Assembly (NCBI GenBank): GCA_001643675.2
Contig: LSRY02000018.1
Coordinates: 372,001-436,000 of the forward strand
Length of the DNA: 64,000 nucleotides
Reading direction: 5' to 3'
Source: Monocercomonoides exilis PA203
Taxonomy: Eukaryota; Protista; Preaxostyla
Under the pieces are notes generated by a model that saw only the letters and a program-made list of their open reading frames with translations, was not told the DNA's origin and searched no databases. The stretch's first letter is position 1. Each line of letters starts with the position of its first letter. This document shows, in pieces, positions 22,878 through 34,712 of the stretch. Both the position numbers and the translations under genes were made by a program.

Positions 22878-23479
22878 AAAGTTGGCTTTCATGTGGATAT
22901 TTATGAAAGAAGTTGAAGGCGAATATAAAAAATAAATATTTTTTTTCATTTTCGTTCTTTTTAGTTGTTGTTGTTACTGCTGCTGTTGTTGTTCGATACA
23001 GCCCTATCAAGAGAAAAGAAATTGAAATTTTGTGTTTTATGTTTGATTTAAGAATTACAATGATTTTCAACATTAACTGTTTCCTATTTCAAAACAATAC
23101 AGTAAATAATGATTAAAGAATTATAAAAACGTGCGTTTTACATAATACCTTCAATATCTTCAACATATGAATAATTGCTTGAAATTTTTGTTTTATTGCT
23201 GCAATATTACAAAGCAGATTATTCGGCTTTCAAATATTTATTATTTGATAACAATTAAATTCATTTCATTTCCAAGCTTTTCTTTATTGTCCATTGTTCG
23301 AAAAATGATTGTTCAATTTTTTTATATATTTTTTTATAACAAAGATTTTCATTGAAAATATGTGTGATAACTTTTTTATTTTTCCTAATTGAATCAAAAA
23401 ACTTTTAATAAAGCAACAGGATCAAATTTTGATTATTCAATTTAGCGACAGTCTTGTTTTCAACAAAACATTTTGATGC

Positions 23480-25841
23480 ATGCCTGCCATCCCTTGGAAG
23501 CAAGTTCCAGTATTTTGTGTTCTTGGGTTTGGAATCGCCATATTCCGATATGCTATTGAAGAATACATCTCAAATGTTTGTGTACAACTAGCTTTTGATA
23601 TTATATTTTTAAAAATTGTTTTCAATTTTTATCATACAAAACCCTGCATATTTCTTTTATTTGTATGTCTTTAAAGATTTTATTAAAAAGATCTTTCTTC
23701 CGAAGGAGAAAAACACGAAAATTTGTTCAAGAGGCTTTTAGCTTACTTTATTATGTTTCAATTACAATAGCGGAATGGGTATATGTAGCAGAAAATCATT
23801 TAATATTTCATCTTAAACTTTGCTGGGTATGAATTTTTATTCGTTTTACATAATTTTAAATTTAAAATGCTTTTCAGACTAATTATGCAACCACTGAAGT
23901 AACTCAGCTTGGCAAAACTTTGTATTACATGGAATGTCTTTATTATGTATCGTCACTATTCTATACGCTTTTCCAAACAAAGCGACTTGGAGATCTTTTT
24001 GAAACATATTTCCATCACGCGATGACCCTTGCCTTGCTTGGCTTTTCTTATAAAATGCGGTATTTATTATTAGCATATAAATTATAACAAATCATAATTT
24101 TTTTTTAAATGGAAACAGATGCTCTCGAATTGGAATTGTGATATGCTTTATTCACAATTTTAGTGAAATATTCGTTTGTGTCGCAAAGGCCATGCTTTAT
24201 TTTTCATTCATTCACGGTTCGGTTTACGCGTTTTGGGTTGTTGTGGTTTGATCTTTATTTCTTTCCAAACATTTAATTCTTCACGTTAATTTATAAACAA
24301 ACAAAAAACTTTATTTTTTTGATCAATAAAATAAAATAAAAATAAAATAAACAAAAATAAAACCCAACAACGAATCCAACCAGATCACCTGGCTTTTGCT
24401 GCGCCTGCTGTACTTCCCGTTGTTCGTGATCCGCTCCACGCTATTCGACTGCTACCGAATGGTTGTGTCAGTGGGGGAGGCATCTGCTTCTGCATGGATA
24501 ACAGCTGTGAGTTTTCTGTTAGCCTTGCTCTGCCTCCACGTGTGGTGGTTCAGGAAATTCATTGTTCTTCTGATGAAGCTGACGCTGTCCCTGAGAAAGG
24601 AGAAGGCGAAGCGGAAGCGGAAGAAGGAGAAGGAGAACGAGAGGAGGGAGAGGGAGAGGAGGAAGAGAATCAGAGCATTGAGGAAGAAGAAGAAGAAGAA
24701 GGGAAAGGGGGAGCAAGGGGAAGGGGAAGGGGAAGGAGATGAAGGAGATGAAGGGGATGAAAGCGAAGAGGCGAATAAACGGCATGGCGATGGGAAAGAA
24801 GGTGGCATTTCTTCTATCTTCGATATCACATCGCCTTCTTCTTCTTCTTCTTCTATTTCTTCTTCTTCTTCTGGTGCTGCTGCTTCTTCCTCCATTCTCC
24901 TTCCTTCATTTCGTCCGGCGCTTTCAACTTCTCCTCTTCTTTCTTCTTTCTCTTCTTCTCCTTCTTCTCCTTCCTCCTCCCCCTCCTCCTCCTCATTATC
25001 ATCATCATCATATTCTTCTTCTTCTTCTTCTCGTCTTTCATCCAAAATAGCGCTTAACATCTATCCAGGTGTTAGTACCTCTTCTTCTTCTCCTTCTCCT
25101 TTTTCTTCTTCTTCTGCTTTATCAAAATCTTCACACAACGGAGAAGAAGAAGATGAAGAAGATGAAGATGTGGAAGAGGAAGAAGAATTCGATGATGATG
25201 ATGAATTTGATGATGACAACGAAGAAGAAGAAGAAGAAGAAGAAGAAGAACTTTCTTCTTCTCCTCTTCTGTCTCCTTCTCCTTCTCCTTCTCCTCTTCT
25301 TTCGAAGTATGTGAGAAGAAGAAGAATAAATCCAGCAAAACAGGCGGAAGAGCATAAAAACGCAGATGACGCTGATAATTCTCATTCATCTCGTTCTTCT
25401 TCTAATTCTTCTTCTTCCTCCTCCTCCTCCTCTTCTTCTTCTTCAATTAATTCTTCTTCTTCTTCTTCTTCTTCTTCTTCTTCTTCTTCTTCTTCTTCTT
25501 CTCTTTCATCAAATTCTGACCCGAATTCAAATTCTTTGGATTCTTCTCCTTTATTCACATTTGCACAACACAAAGATTCTAAACCAAATATTTCTTCTTC
25601 TTCCATTTCTTCTTCTTCTTCTCTTTCTTCTTCTTCTTCTTCTCTTTCTTCTTCTTCTTCTTCTCTTTCTTCTTCTTATTCTTCCACTTCATCATTATCG
25701 TCTTCTTCTATTTCTTCTTCTCCTTCTCCTTCTCCTTCTTCTTCCTCCTCTTCCTCTTCCTCTTCTCCTTCTCCTCCTCCTTTGCCTTCGTATCAACCTT
25801 CGATGTACATAACAAGACCTTCAATGTTTCAGAGATTATAA
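23480..25841 (+). CDS. TLC (TRAM/LAG1/CLN8) domain protein, ceramide-synthase-like, multi-exon, long Ser/Glu-rich tail
   Basis: Exons encode RKFVQEAFSLLYY, QTKRLGDLFETYFHHAMTLALLGFSYKMR, RIGIVICFIHNFSEIFVCVAK, WLLLRLLYFP, LLCLHVWWF. Confidence 0.8.
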
Positions 25842-26629
25842 AGGAAAAATTAGTTATCCTAAAAAAATATAAATAGAGGAAAAGAAAAGAAGAGGAAAGA
25901 AAAGAAAAGAAAAGAAAAAAAAGAAAAGGAAAGGAAAGAAGAGAAAAAGGAAAGGAAAGGAAAGAAGAGAAAAAGAAAAGATAAGATAAAGACAAAGAAA
26001 AGAAAGAAGAGGAACTTTTATTAATTGGGATTGCATAGTTATGTTTTTAAGCTTTATAATTTAAACAGAAAAAATAAAAGACGATTTTTTTTTTTTTCTG
26101 TTTATTTTTTATTTTAGTAACATTTTATTCTGTTTTTTAATTAATTTTCTATTTTTTCAAACAAATTTTTTATTTTATTTTTTTTTTTTTCATTTTTTTT
26201 ATTTTTTGATAGCAAATTCTTTACAATGTTAAACTTTTGGTGTTGTATCTCAATTTGCGTGCAAGGCCATTTTTATATTAATTTTCATTTTTTTTTTTTC
26301 ATTCAATTTATTTATTTTAAATCAATCTGGTTTTTTTTTTTTTTTTTTTTTTCTTTCTGCAATTGATAATTTTTTAGTTGCTTTAGTTGGTGAGTTTTTA
26401 AGATAAATAAATAAATAAAATAAAAGATATTTTTCTTTTTTTAACAGAAAAATATTTTTGTTTTGTTGATTTTGTTGATTTTGTTGATTTTGTTTATTTT
26501 ATTCGTTTTATTCGTTTTGTTCGTTTTGAAAATGTTTATAGATATTTTTCACTCAATCCTGATCCTCTTCTTTGAATTGTGCTAAGTTTTATATAGAAAT
26601 GTTGTTTGTTTCATTGGAAGATATCAAAG

Positions 26630-26661
<32 letters not shown>

Positions 26662-27448
26662 GGAAGAGAGAAAGAGAAAGAGAAGGAAGAAAGAAAAAAG
26701 GAAGGGAAGAAAGAAATAAAAGAAGGAAGGGAAGGAAGGAAACTTTTTCTATTTAATAAATCTGTGTTTTCTTTGTTCTGTTTTACTTTTCTTTTTCTTT
26801 TTCTTTTTCTTTTTCTTTTTAAACTTTTTTTGAACTTTTTTGCAAATGTTTCATTTGCTAACACTTCACAAACACAAAACATCGCCTGCTTTTTGGTGTA
26901 AGAATTTGATTTTTATTTTATTTTTATTTTATTCTTTCTTTTTTATTGCATGGAAATTAAAACCTTTTGTGCTTTTCTCTTGATTTTTTAATGTTTACTT
27001 TTAAATTTGAATTTACCGCTAAAAATTGAATTCAAAAAGAAAGAAAGGTAAATTATCTGGGAAAATCTGTTGATGCAATTAAATTTTCTAAAAAAGGAAA
27101 AGGAAAAGAAAAGAAAAAGGAAAAGAGCATTACGATGTAACGAAGAATGTGAGGTGGATGAATCTCAAAAGGAAAAAAAAATGAAGAGAAAACAAGAATT
27201 CTAATAAATGTCTATTGATAAATATCAAATTCTATTCAATTACTTAACTTTTCTTTATTTTATTTTATTTCTCAATGTTTAATTTGAATCTTATTTCATT
27301 CAGTTCAGTTGAGTTCAATTTTGTTCAGTTCATTTCAATTTATTCGATTTCAAATAATTCTCTTTTATTCAATTTCAGTCTATTTCATTCTATTCTATTC
27401 TATTCTTCTATTCTGTTTTATTCTTATTATTCTTATTCTTTAACAGTC

Positions 27449-29709
27449 TTATTTATACGAAGGAATATACAGCGTCTCATTCGGCTTCAAAATCGGCCTA
27501 TTCGCTTCCGATGGCACATACCTCATTTCCTTCTCTGTCTTCGCTTTGCCTCTCTCTTTCCTCTTCTCCCTCTCAAAATCTGAGTCCGTCCTCCTCTCCC
27601 TCTCCTTCCCGTCTTCCTTCGGCCGCTTCGGCAGCTTTCCACCCGTTTCCATTTGAATTCTTCCGGCACTCCTCTCATCCCTCCCTCTTCTCCTTCCACT
27701 TTCTCTCTCTTCTCTTCCTTCTCTTCCTTCCCTGTGCCATGCTTGTGCTTCTTTATGAGTTTCTTTCTCTTTCTCCTTCTCTTTCTGTTTTTCCTTCTCC
27801 TTCTCTTTTTCATTTTCCTTCTTGTCTTTCTCCTTCTCCTTCTCCTTCTGCTTTTGTGTTTGTGTTTGTGTTTGAGCTTTTCCCTGTGATTGCATTTTAA
27901 TTGATTCATCCTTCACTTCGTGTGTTGTTGGCGCCATTATCTTCGGACGTTGCGTTTGGATTGCAAGTGAAGAGGGGGTTTTGGATGAGGAAGTAGAAGA
28001 AGAGGAAGAAGAAGAGGAGGAAGAGGAGGAGGAAGAGGAAGAGGAAGAAGAAGTTGGATCTGATACTGTTCTTTGTGGGCTTGCATTTATGGAAGAAGCA
28101 GCAGTCTTCGTTTCCTTTGGAGATGTTCCAGAAGAAGAAGAAGAAGAAGAAGAAGAAGAAGAGGAAGAGGAAGAGGAAGAGGAAGAGGAAGAGGAAGAGG
28201 AAGAGGAAGAGGAAGAGGAAGAAGAAGTGGAAGAAGTGGAAGAAGTGGAAGAAGTGGTTGAATTCTGTTTACTTGCAGCCTTCTTCGGCGAAGCAGCAGC
28301 AACTTTCGCTTTGGCGCTTTTCTCTTTCTTGTCCTTCTTCTCTTTCTTAGCCATCTTATCCATCTTTTCAGCTTTTCCCGTTTTTCCTTTCTTCTCTGCA
28401 TTGTCGTCATTCTCATCATTATCATCGCTATTTCCATTGCTATCTCCATTTTCAGTTCCCTGCTGATGATGATGCTGCTTGTGCTGAGTGGTGTGTGTGT
28501 GGTGTGTGACGTGTGTAGCTGGTGCAGCTGTTGATGAGGATGAGGAGGAGGATGATGATGATTTCAATGAAGAAGATGATATTGATGATGCTGATGCTGA
28601 AGCTGTTATTGTGGTTTCTGGTTTTTGATGCCCCTGTTTCTTTTTGTGGGAGGAAGAGAATTGGATTGGATTTGGGTGTCGGATGGGGTTGGCGAATTCA
28701 GCTGGCACGCCTGTGGGCGGAAGAGGAGCGGATGCCACTGAAGTAGTCTTAGGCGAAGGAACAAGGGGAGAAGAAGAAGAAGAAGAAGATGATGATGATG
28801 ATGAAGCAGAATCGGCTGAGGGAGATGGAATGTGCGAAGAAGATGGGAGTGATTTTGGAATACCGCTTGCAGCAACGGTTGCTTTTGGTGCTGGAGAAGG
28901 CACAGAGTTCAGAGGATTTTGATCTCCTTTTTTTGATTTGCCCTTTTTCGAAACGGGTTCAACCGGATTAAACCATTTTGTGGTTACCAGAGTATCAAGA
29001 ATTTTTCTTAATTGCTCAAATGTTTGAGATGGAATCCCGGATGGCTTGTTTTCTCCTGCCAGAAGTGAACAAGCAAACGTAGAAGATTTTGAAAACGGAT
29101 CAATATCCGACAGATCTTCAATTGAAGATGGGACAATATGATGAGAAAGACTTCCAACCGATTTTACATCTGCAAGAGAAACATTTCCAGCTTTTGCAGC
29201 AATAAGGCCAGCTCTTTCTTCTCCTTTTGGTCCTTCAAGTATTTTAGGAAGTATAAGAGCAGTTAGCAGCATACTTACCTCATGAGCATGTTTTGCTTGG
29301 CGTTTAACTTTTTCCGCTTCTTCTGCTGCTAAATATGTTGTAACTTGTGCGCGCAATTGCTCTAGATCTTCAATGCTTTTCTGAAGATATATTTTCCCTG
29401 CAACTTTTTGACTTTGAAGGAAATCAAGTTCTTCACCTGATTCTTGAAGTTTTTCCAGTTGTTCAACCTGGGACATTTTCTTTATGGATGACCGAAGCTT
29501 CCTCTGAATAGAATCTAATATGGGGTTATCTTCAAGAGGCAAATTCGGCACAGTTGGAACTTTTTGCTTTGTTGAAACATTGCTTTTTTGATCTTTCTGT
29601 TGCTGCTTTTGTTTATCTGAAGCGCGCTTTCTTTAGCATTAAAATATATTTAAATTTTAATTTTATACACATAATAGTCTTGATAATCACACTTTTTCCC
29701 TTTTTCCAT
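27449..29709 (-). CDS. Ser/Lys-rich low-complexity protein with caprin-like N-terminal coiled coil
   Basis: 700-aa ORF with IQRKLRSSIKKMSQVEQLEKLQESGEELDFLQSQKV. No in-frame ATG in the big exon; a short first exon MEKGK at 29709 with a GT...AAG intron is inferred. Confidence 0.65.
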
Positions 29710-29823
29710 TCGAAAAGGAAGAATATCTGCAATTCAAAAAGAAAATATACAAAAGATCAAAATTTCAGTAAAATGTCCAAAAAATAACAACTGAGCAAAT
29801 GTGAAGTGAATTAACTTTATTTT

Positions 29824-30829
29824 TTATGCCGACAAAAGCTTCTTTTTCTTTTCTTCTTCTTCCTTCTTCTTTTCTCCTTCCACTCTTTCAATACAAGCTG
29901 TGACTTCGGCATCAGTTAGGATTCTCATTGGCTTTCCGCATTCCATTACGCAAATTTCTAAATTTTTAGATCCTGTATCAACAACCTCCAATAGCGCTTT
30001 CATAGCCAAATCTATGGAATCATTTGTGGAAAGATCTTGCTGGAAGTGGTTTTCCAGATATTCTCTCACAACATCACCGCTTCTGCCAATTGCAGTGGCC
30101 TTGAAAAAAGTTTATTGATTAGCAAAAATAAAAATTTCAGTGACAAAATCAAATAGCATACTTGCCATTCTGTAGATGTTCCAGTTGGATCTGTTACGAA
30201 TAAATGAGGTGTTTTGTCTGGATCAAATCCAGCAATCAAAGTTGATATTCCAAATGGTCTTGCTCCTCCTGATTGCGTATATTTCTAAAAACATATGAAC
30301 ATTAAAGAGAATAATAATATGCAATGCTCATAACAAAAGAAAAACCTGTTGTATCCCAGCAATGTATCTTGCAATATAATCAACAGGACATGGAGCATCC
30401 ATTCTTAGACGGAAATTTTGGCATTCAATTCTTGCCTAGTTGTGTTTTAAATAACATTGTAAATTACCACAAAATCAAAAATTTGTCAATTTATTAAAAA
30501 TGGCAATTAAAGTTTCTCCGCATTCAAAAAAATATCCAATATTCTTTAACTGTCATTAATATGCACACCTTATTTAAAATTACTCTTGCATCTGCAGACA
30601 GTCCAGAGTACGCAAGTGCAATGTGGCTATCAAGTGCTCCGACTTTCTTTACGGTTCTTGAATCTTGCAGTTTTTTTGTTTCAAACTTTTCCAAAGCGAG
30701 AATGACACTATTTGCACCTCGAACTCCAATGGATGCAGCGCCCTTTTTTACAGCTTCCATGGCGTATTCAGCTTGAAATAAATGTCCATCTGGTGAGAAA
30801 ACTGTAAGAGCACGATCGTATTTGCTCAT
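29824..30829 (-). CDS. PSMA7: 20S proteasome subunit alpha type-7 (alpha4), 4 exons
   Basis: [82 protein letters not shown]. Confidence 0.95.
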
Positions 30830-31499
30830 TGAAAAATCTAATATGGCATTTTTGAGTAACATAATTTTTGATAAATTTGAAAAAGCTTTGTTAAATCACT
30901 TTAAACCATGCATAAATAATAATCAATTTGTTTTGGTTTTGTGACAAACATCGAAACAAATATTTTGCTCATTATTTATTTTCCATCGAAAAAATAAAAA
31001 TGCATTGGAAAAATATAAAAAAATTATCATTTTCCATTACAAAAAAAAGATTGTCTTTGTGTTATAAGTGTTACCAAATTAGTGACACGCCACTTTCACA
31101 TTTTTATAATTCTGCTGATGTGTGATAAATATAAATAATTTTTAAAAAAATATTTAAATAATTTGAAAATAAAAATTAAATAAAATAAAATAAAATAAAA
31201 TAAAATAAAATAAAATTGAATGTGACTTTGTCAGTTTAAGTGAAAAAATATTATTCACTATTTTGTTTCATTTAGTCTTTTTCAGGCAAATAAAAGTTTT
31301 CCTTTTTAAATAAATTTATCTTCAAGTTACCGAATTTATTTCTATCAAAAAATTCTTATTGATTAATTGTTGAATTATGCAAGAAGAGGAACGCGAAGAA
31401 ATGAACACTTTGTTGAAAGAACTTCTTTTCATTTGTTTTTATCAGAAAAAGATTTAGATGTTAATTACTTGAAATCGAATTTTTCATCATGAATTAATA

Positions 31500-32059
31500 C
31501 AGCTAGTGTTCATAATTGTGGACACTTTCAATAACTGTGGACAGTAGCATAATCTCAACAACCATTGATAGTTGCATTTTGATAAAATACCCAACTGTTC
31601 CCTCATTGAATATTAACTAATATGAATAGTTTTAATCACACATCCAACACAATGAAATGGCTTATTTTTTTTTGAAAACTTCCTTTTGTTTAATTATCAA
31701 ATATTACAAAAAATACATATTTTCATCAAATTTCTGCTCCCACAAAAAATACTTCATTGTCATGAAAACAAAACCTTAACAATGTTATTATTACCATTTC
31801 AGTGAAGTTTTATTTATAAGAACAGAAATTTGATGAAAATATGTATTTTTTGTAATATTTGATAATTAAACAAAAGGAAGTTTTCAAAAAAAAATAAGCC
31901 ATTTCATTGTGTTGGATGTGTGATTAAAACTATTCATATTAGTTAATATTCAATGAGGGAACAGTTGGGTATTTTATCAAAATGCAACTATCAATGGTTG
32001 TTGAGATTATGCTACTGTCCACAGTTATTGAAAGTGTCCACAATTATTTACACTAACTA
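31500..32059. mobile_element. 560-bp foldback MITE, TA-flanked (Tc1/mariner-pogo type)
   Basis: TA|CAGCTAGTGTTCATAATTGTGGACAC ... GTGTCCACAATTATTTACACTAACTA|TA; ~220-bp arms appear perfectly complementary, ~85-bp loop. Confidence 0.9.
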
Positions 32060-32146
32060 TACACTAAAAATTGTTCTAAGTTGAAGAAATTATTATTGAA
32101 ATCATAATTTTATTGTCTTAATAATAGATATTTTATAAAGAGAATT

Positions 32147-32147
<1 letters not shown>

Positions 32148-32193
<46 letters not shown>
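32148..32193. repeat. Poly(A) tract, about 45 nt
   Basis: Directly visible. Confidence 0.9.
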
Positions 32194-32194
<1 letters not shown>

Positions 32195-32746
32195 GTGATT
32201 TTTTATTTGAGTTAGTATTTTTGGTAATGTTTGTGTTGTTGTTTTATGTGACTTTTGAAAAATTTGAACCAAAAATAAATCAGCAATAAACATAAAATAA
32301 AAAAGTTGTTATTCGTATAATTAAAAATGAAAAGAAAATTTTTATGAAAAATTGAAAAGTTTAAAGTGAAATTCATAAGAATCATTCGTTATTTGATTAG
32401 CGAAAAAAATCAATATTTCACAAAATTTTGACGAAAAAGTGGGCCTTCAATTGAGATTAAATAAAAACAAATCTAAATCATATTCATTTTTCAATTTTGC
32501 AATAGTTTGAAAAAAAGTTCAAAATTGTATCGGAAAAGAGATGAAAAATTATTAAAACAACAAATATCATAGTTATACCAATTACATGTTTTCATTTTCT
32601 TTTTCAATTTTTTTGATAATTTTTGGGAATTCCATAAATTTTCAGACTTATTAAGCAGAAAGCATTAGTATATTTTTGTCATTCATAACTTTATTGAACT
32701 TTCTCAGATTTCGAAATTAATAGGGTTTTCATTTCTGCAAAACATA

Positions 32747-33102
32747 CAGTTTGCGAAAAAATACCGGACAAGATCGATTTCTCAATTACCACTCAAAGAG
32801 AAAATCTGATAATATTCCTCAAAAGATATCTTAACAATACAAACTCATTTGGCATATCAGACTTTCATTTCCGTGCAGACTGAATATTTAAAAAATAATT
32901 TTTAAAATCTCGGAGAAATTTGATTATGTGTTTCTCCGAGATTTTAAAAATTATTTTTTAAATATTCAGTCTGCACGGAAATGAAAGTCTGATATGCCAA
33001 ATGAGTTTGTATTGTTAAGATATCTTTTGAGGAATATTATCAGATTTTCTCTTTGAGTGGTAATTGAGAAATCGATCTTGTCCGGTATTTTTTCGCAAAC
33101 TG
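32747..33102. mobile_element. 356-bp foldback MITE, TA TSD
   Basis: TA|CAGTTTGCGAAAAAATACCGGACAAG ... CTTGTCCGGTATTTTTTCGCAAACTG|TA; 172-bp arms, 12-bp loop (32919-32930). Confidence 0.93.
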
Positions 33103-34712
33103 TACATCATTGAAATTATAACACTTTGTTTTGTGGTATTATTAGAAATCGATAAAACGAACATATTTTATTCATATTCGATATTCATAAATAATTTATC
33201 AGAATATAAATAATTTAAATGAAAAAACCCACGTTGAAATATTTTGTCCCATATTTGTTATTTTTCACACAATAACTTCCAACATTCATGTGAAAACCAT
33301 GAAATAACAAAAAAACTTGGTTTTATTTGGGGAAATAAAAAAATTTCTTATAAAAAGAAGAAGAAGAAATCAGTTTATTGCAAGCGCCATAAACTCGTTT
33401 ATTATCTCATTTGAAAAAGAATATCTCATTAACTTAGGAGTGTTTGCTTTCACAAAGAGAAGAGAAGAACGTTCAACCTTTTTCCTGAGAGTTAAAGGAT
33501 TTGGATTTTCTGGCTGAACAAATTGATATGATTGAATCTTTTGCAAATTTGAGTTGTTGAAATGCGGTTTAAAACTTATGCAAAAACAGTTTGTTCAATG
33601 AATTTTTTTTTCTTTTTTATTTATTTATTTCTTTATTTATTTATTCTGTTCTGAAATTGAAGTGATTGCTGCTGATTTGTAAAAATAGAGTTGAAAGAGA
33701 TAAAGGTTGAATTACAAGCTCAAAAATGGATTGAATATACAAAAATTGTTTCCAAAAAAAGCCTGACAGATGATCAAATAACTCAAAAAAGAAAAGAAAA
33801 GAAAAGAAAAAGAAAAGAAAAGAAGGTACAATGGATTTATAAAATATCACAGAAAACATCAAAAATTGTGTTGGTGTGAAACAAAAATACAAATGGCAAA
33901 TTTTGAAATAAAAACGTTCATAAAAAAAGATCTTCGCGAAAATCATTTCCACCGCGAAATGCAGCAGAATGCTCATGAATCTGTTGCCTGATTATAAAAA
34001 AATAACAAAAAGAAGATGCAGTCAAATGTCTGTGCAACAACATCTGCAACATCACAATTGCCAAAACCAGGAATTCTGGAAATTAAGAAACAATGTTATG
34101 AAACAAAATTATGAAAAAAATAAAGGTGCTTTCAGCCAATTAAAAATTAAAACACTTCAAACACAAAATAGATAATACAAAATAGATAATACAAAATAAA
34201 TAATGATGCTCATTGGCTCGCACAGTATCCTCGACCTCTGTGAACTCAAAACGTTGTTGTAAATAGAAAAATTCTCTTAAAGCAAAATGAACGAATAACT
34301 CACAAGTCACTTTCCTAAGACAGCAACAACAGAAACGTTATACACGACCTTTCGATCTAAATCAACAAATCAAGTGAAATCAAAACTCGCATCCGAGATG
34401 CAAGCTTCATTTGCATTTCTCCACTTCCTTCTGGCTTCAAATCATCAGAAACCATTTCCAAATAATAATAATAGCAAACCCAAATTTTAAAGAGAAAAAA
34501 AATACTCTTTCAAATTTCATTACTCGCTTCCTCCATATAACATCATTTTGAATTCATGCTCATCTCATTTTTAAAAGTTCTCGAACTTCATTGGTGATAT
34601 CCGCTCCATCAATTTTATTCGTTCGATTTTCTTTCTTTCTTTCTCCCTTTTCTTCCCTTTTCCAAGCAAGCTTCTTGAACAGATAACATTTTTGTTATTT
34701 TGCATTCATCAC

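Noticed and set aside
29271-29280. ATACTTACCT as the U1 snRNA 5' end
   Set aside because: It lies antisense within an open exon (codons E-V-S-M) with no U1-like stems or Sm site recognised downstream.
32148-32193. Poly(A) tail of a retroposon
   Set aside because: No TSD or identifiable retro-body; similar A/T runs occur elsewhere in the window.
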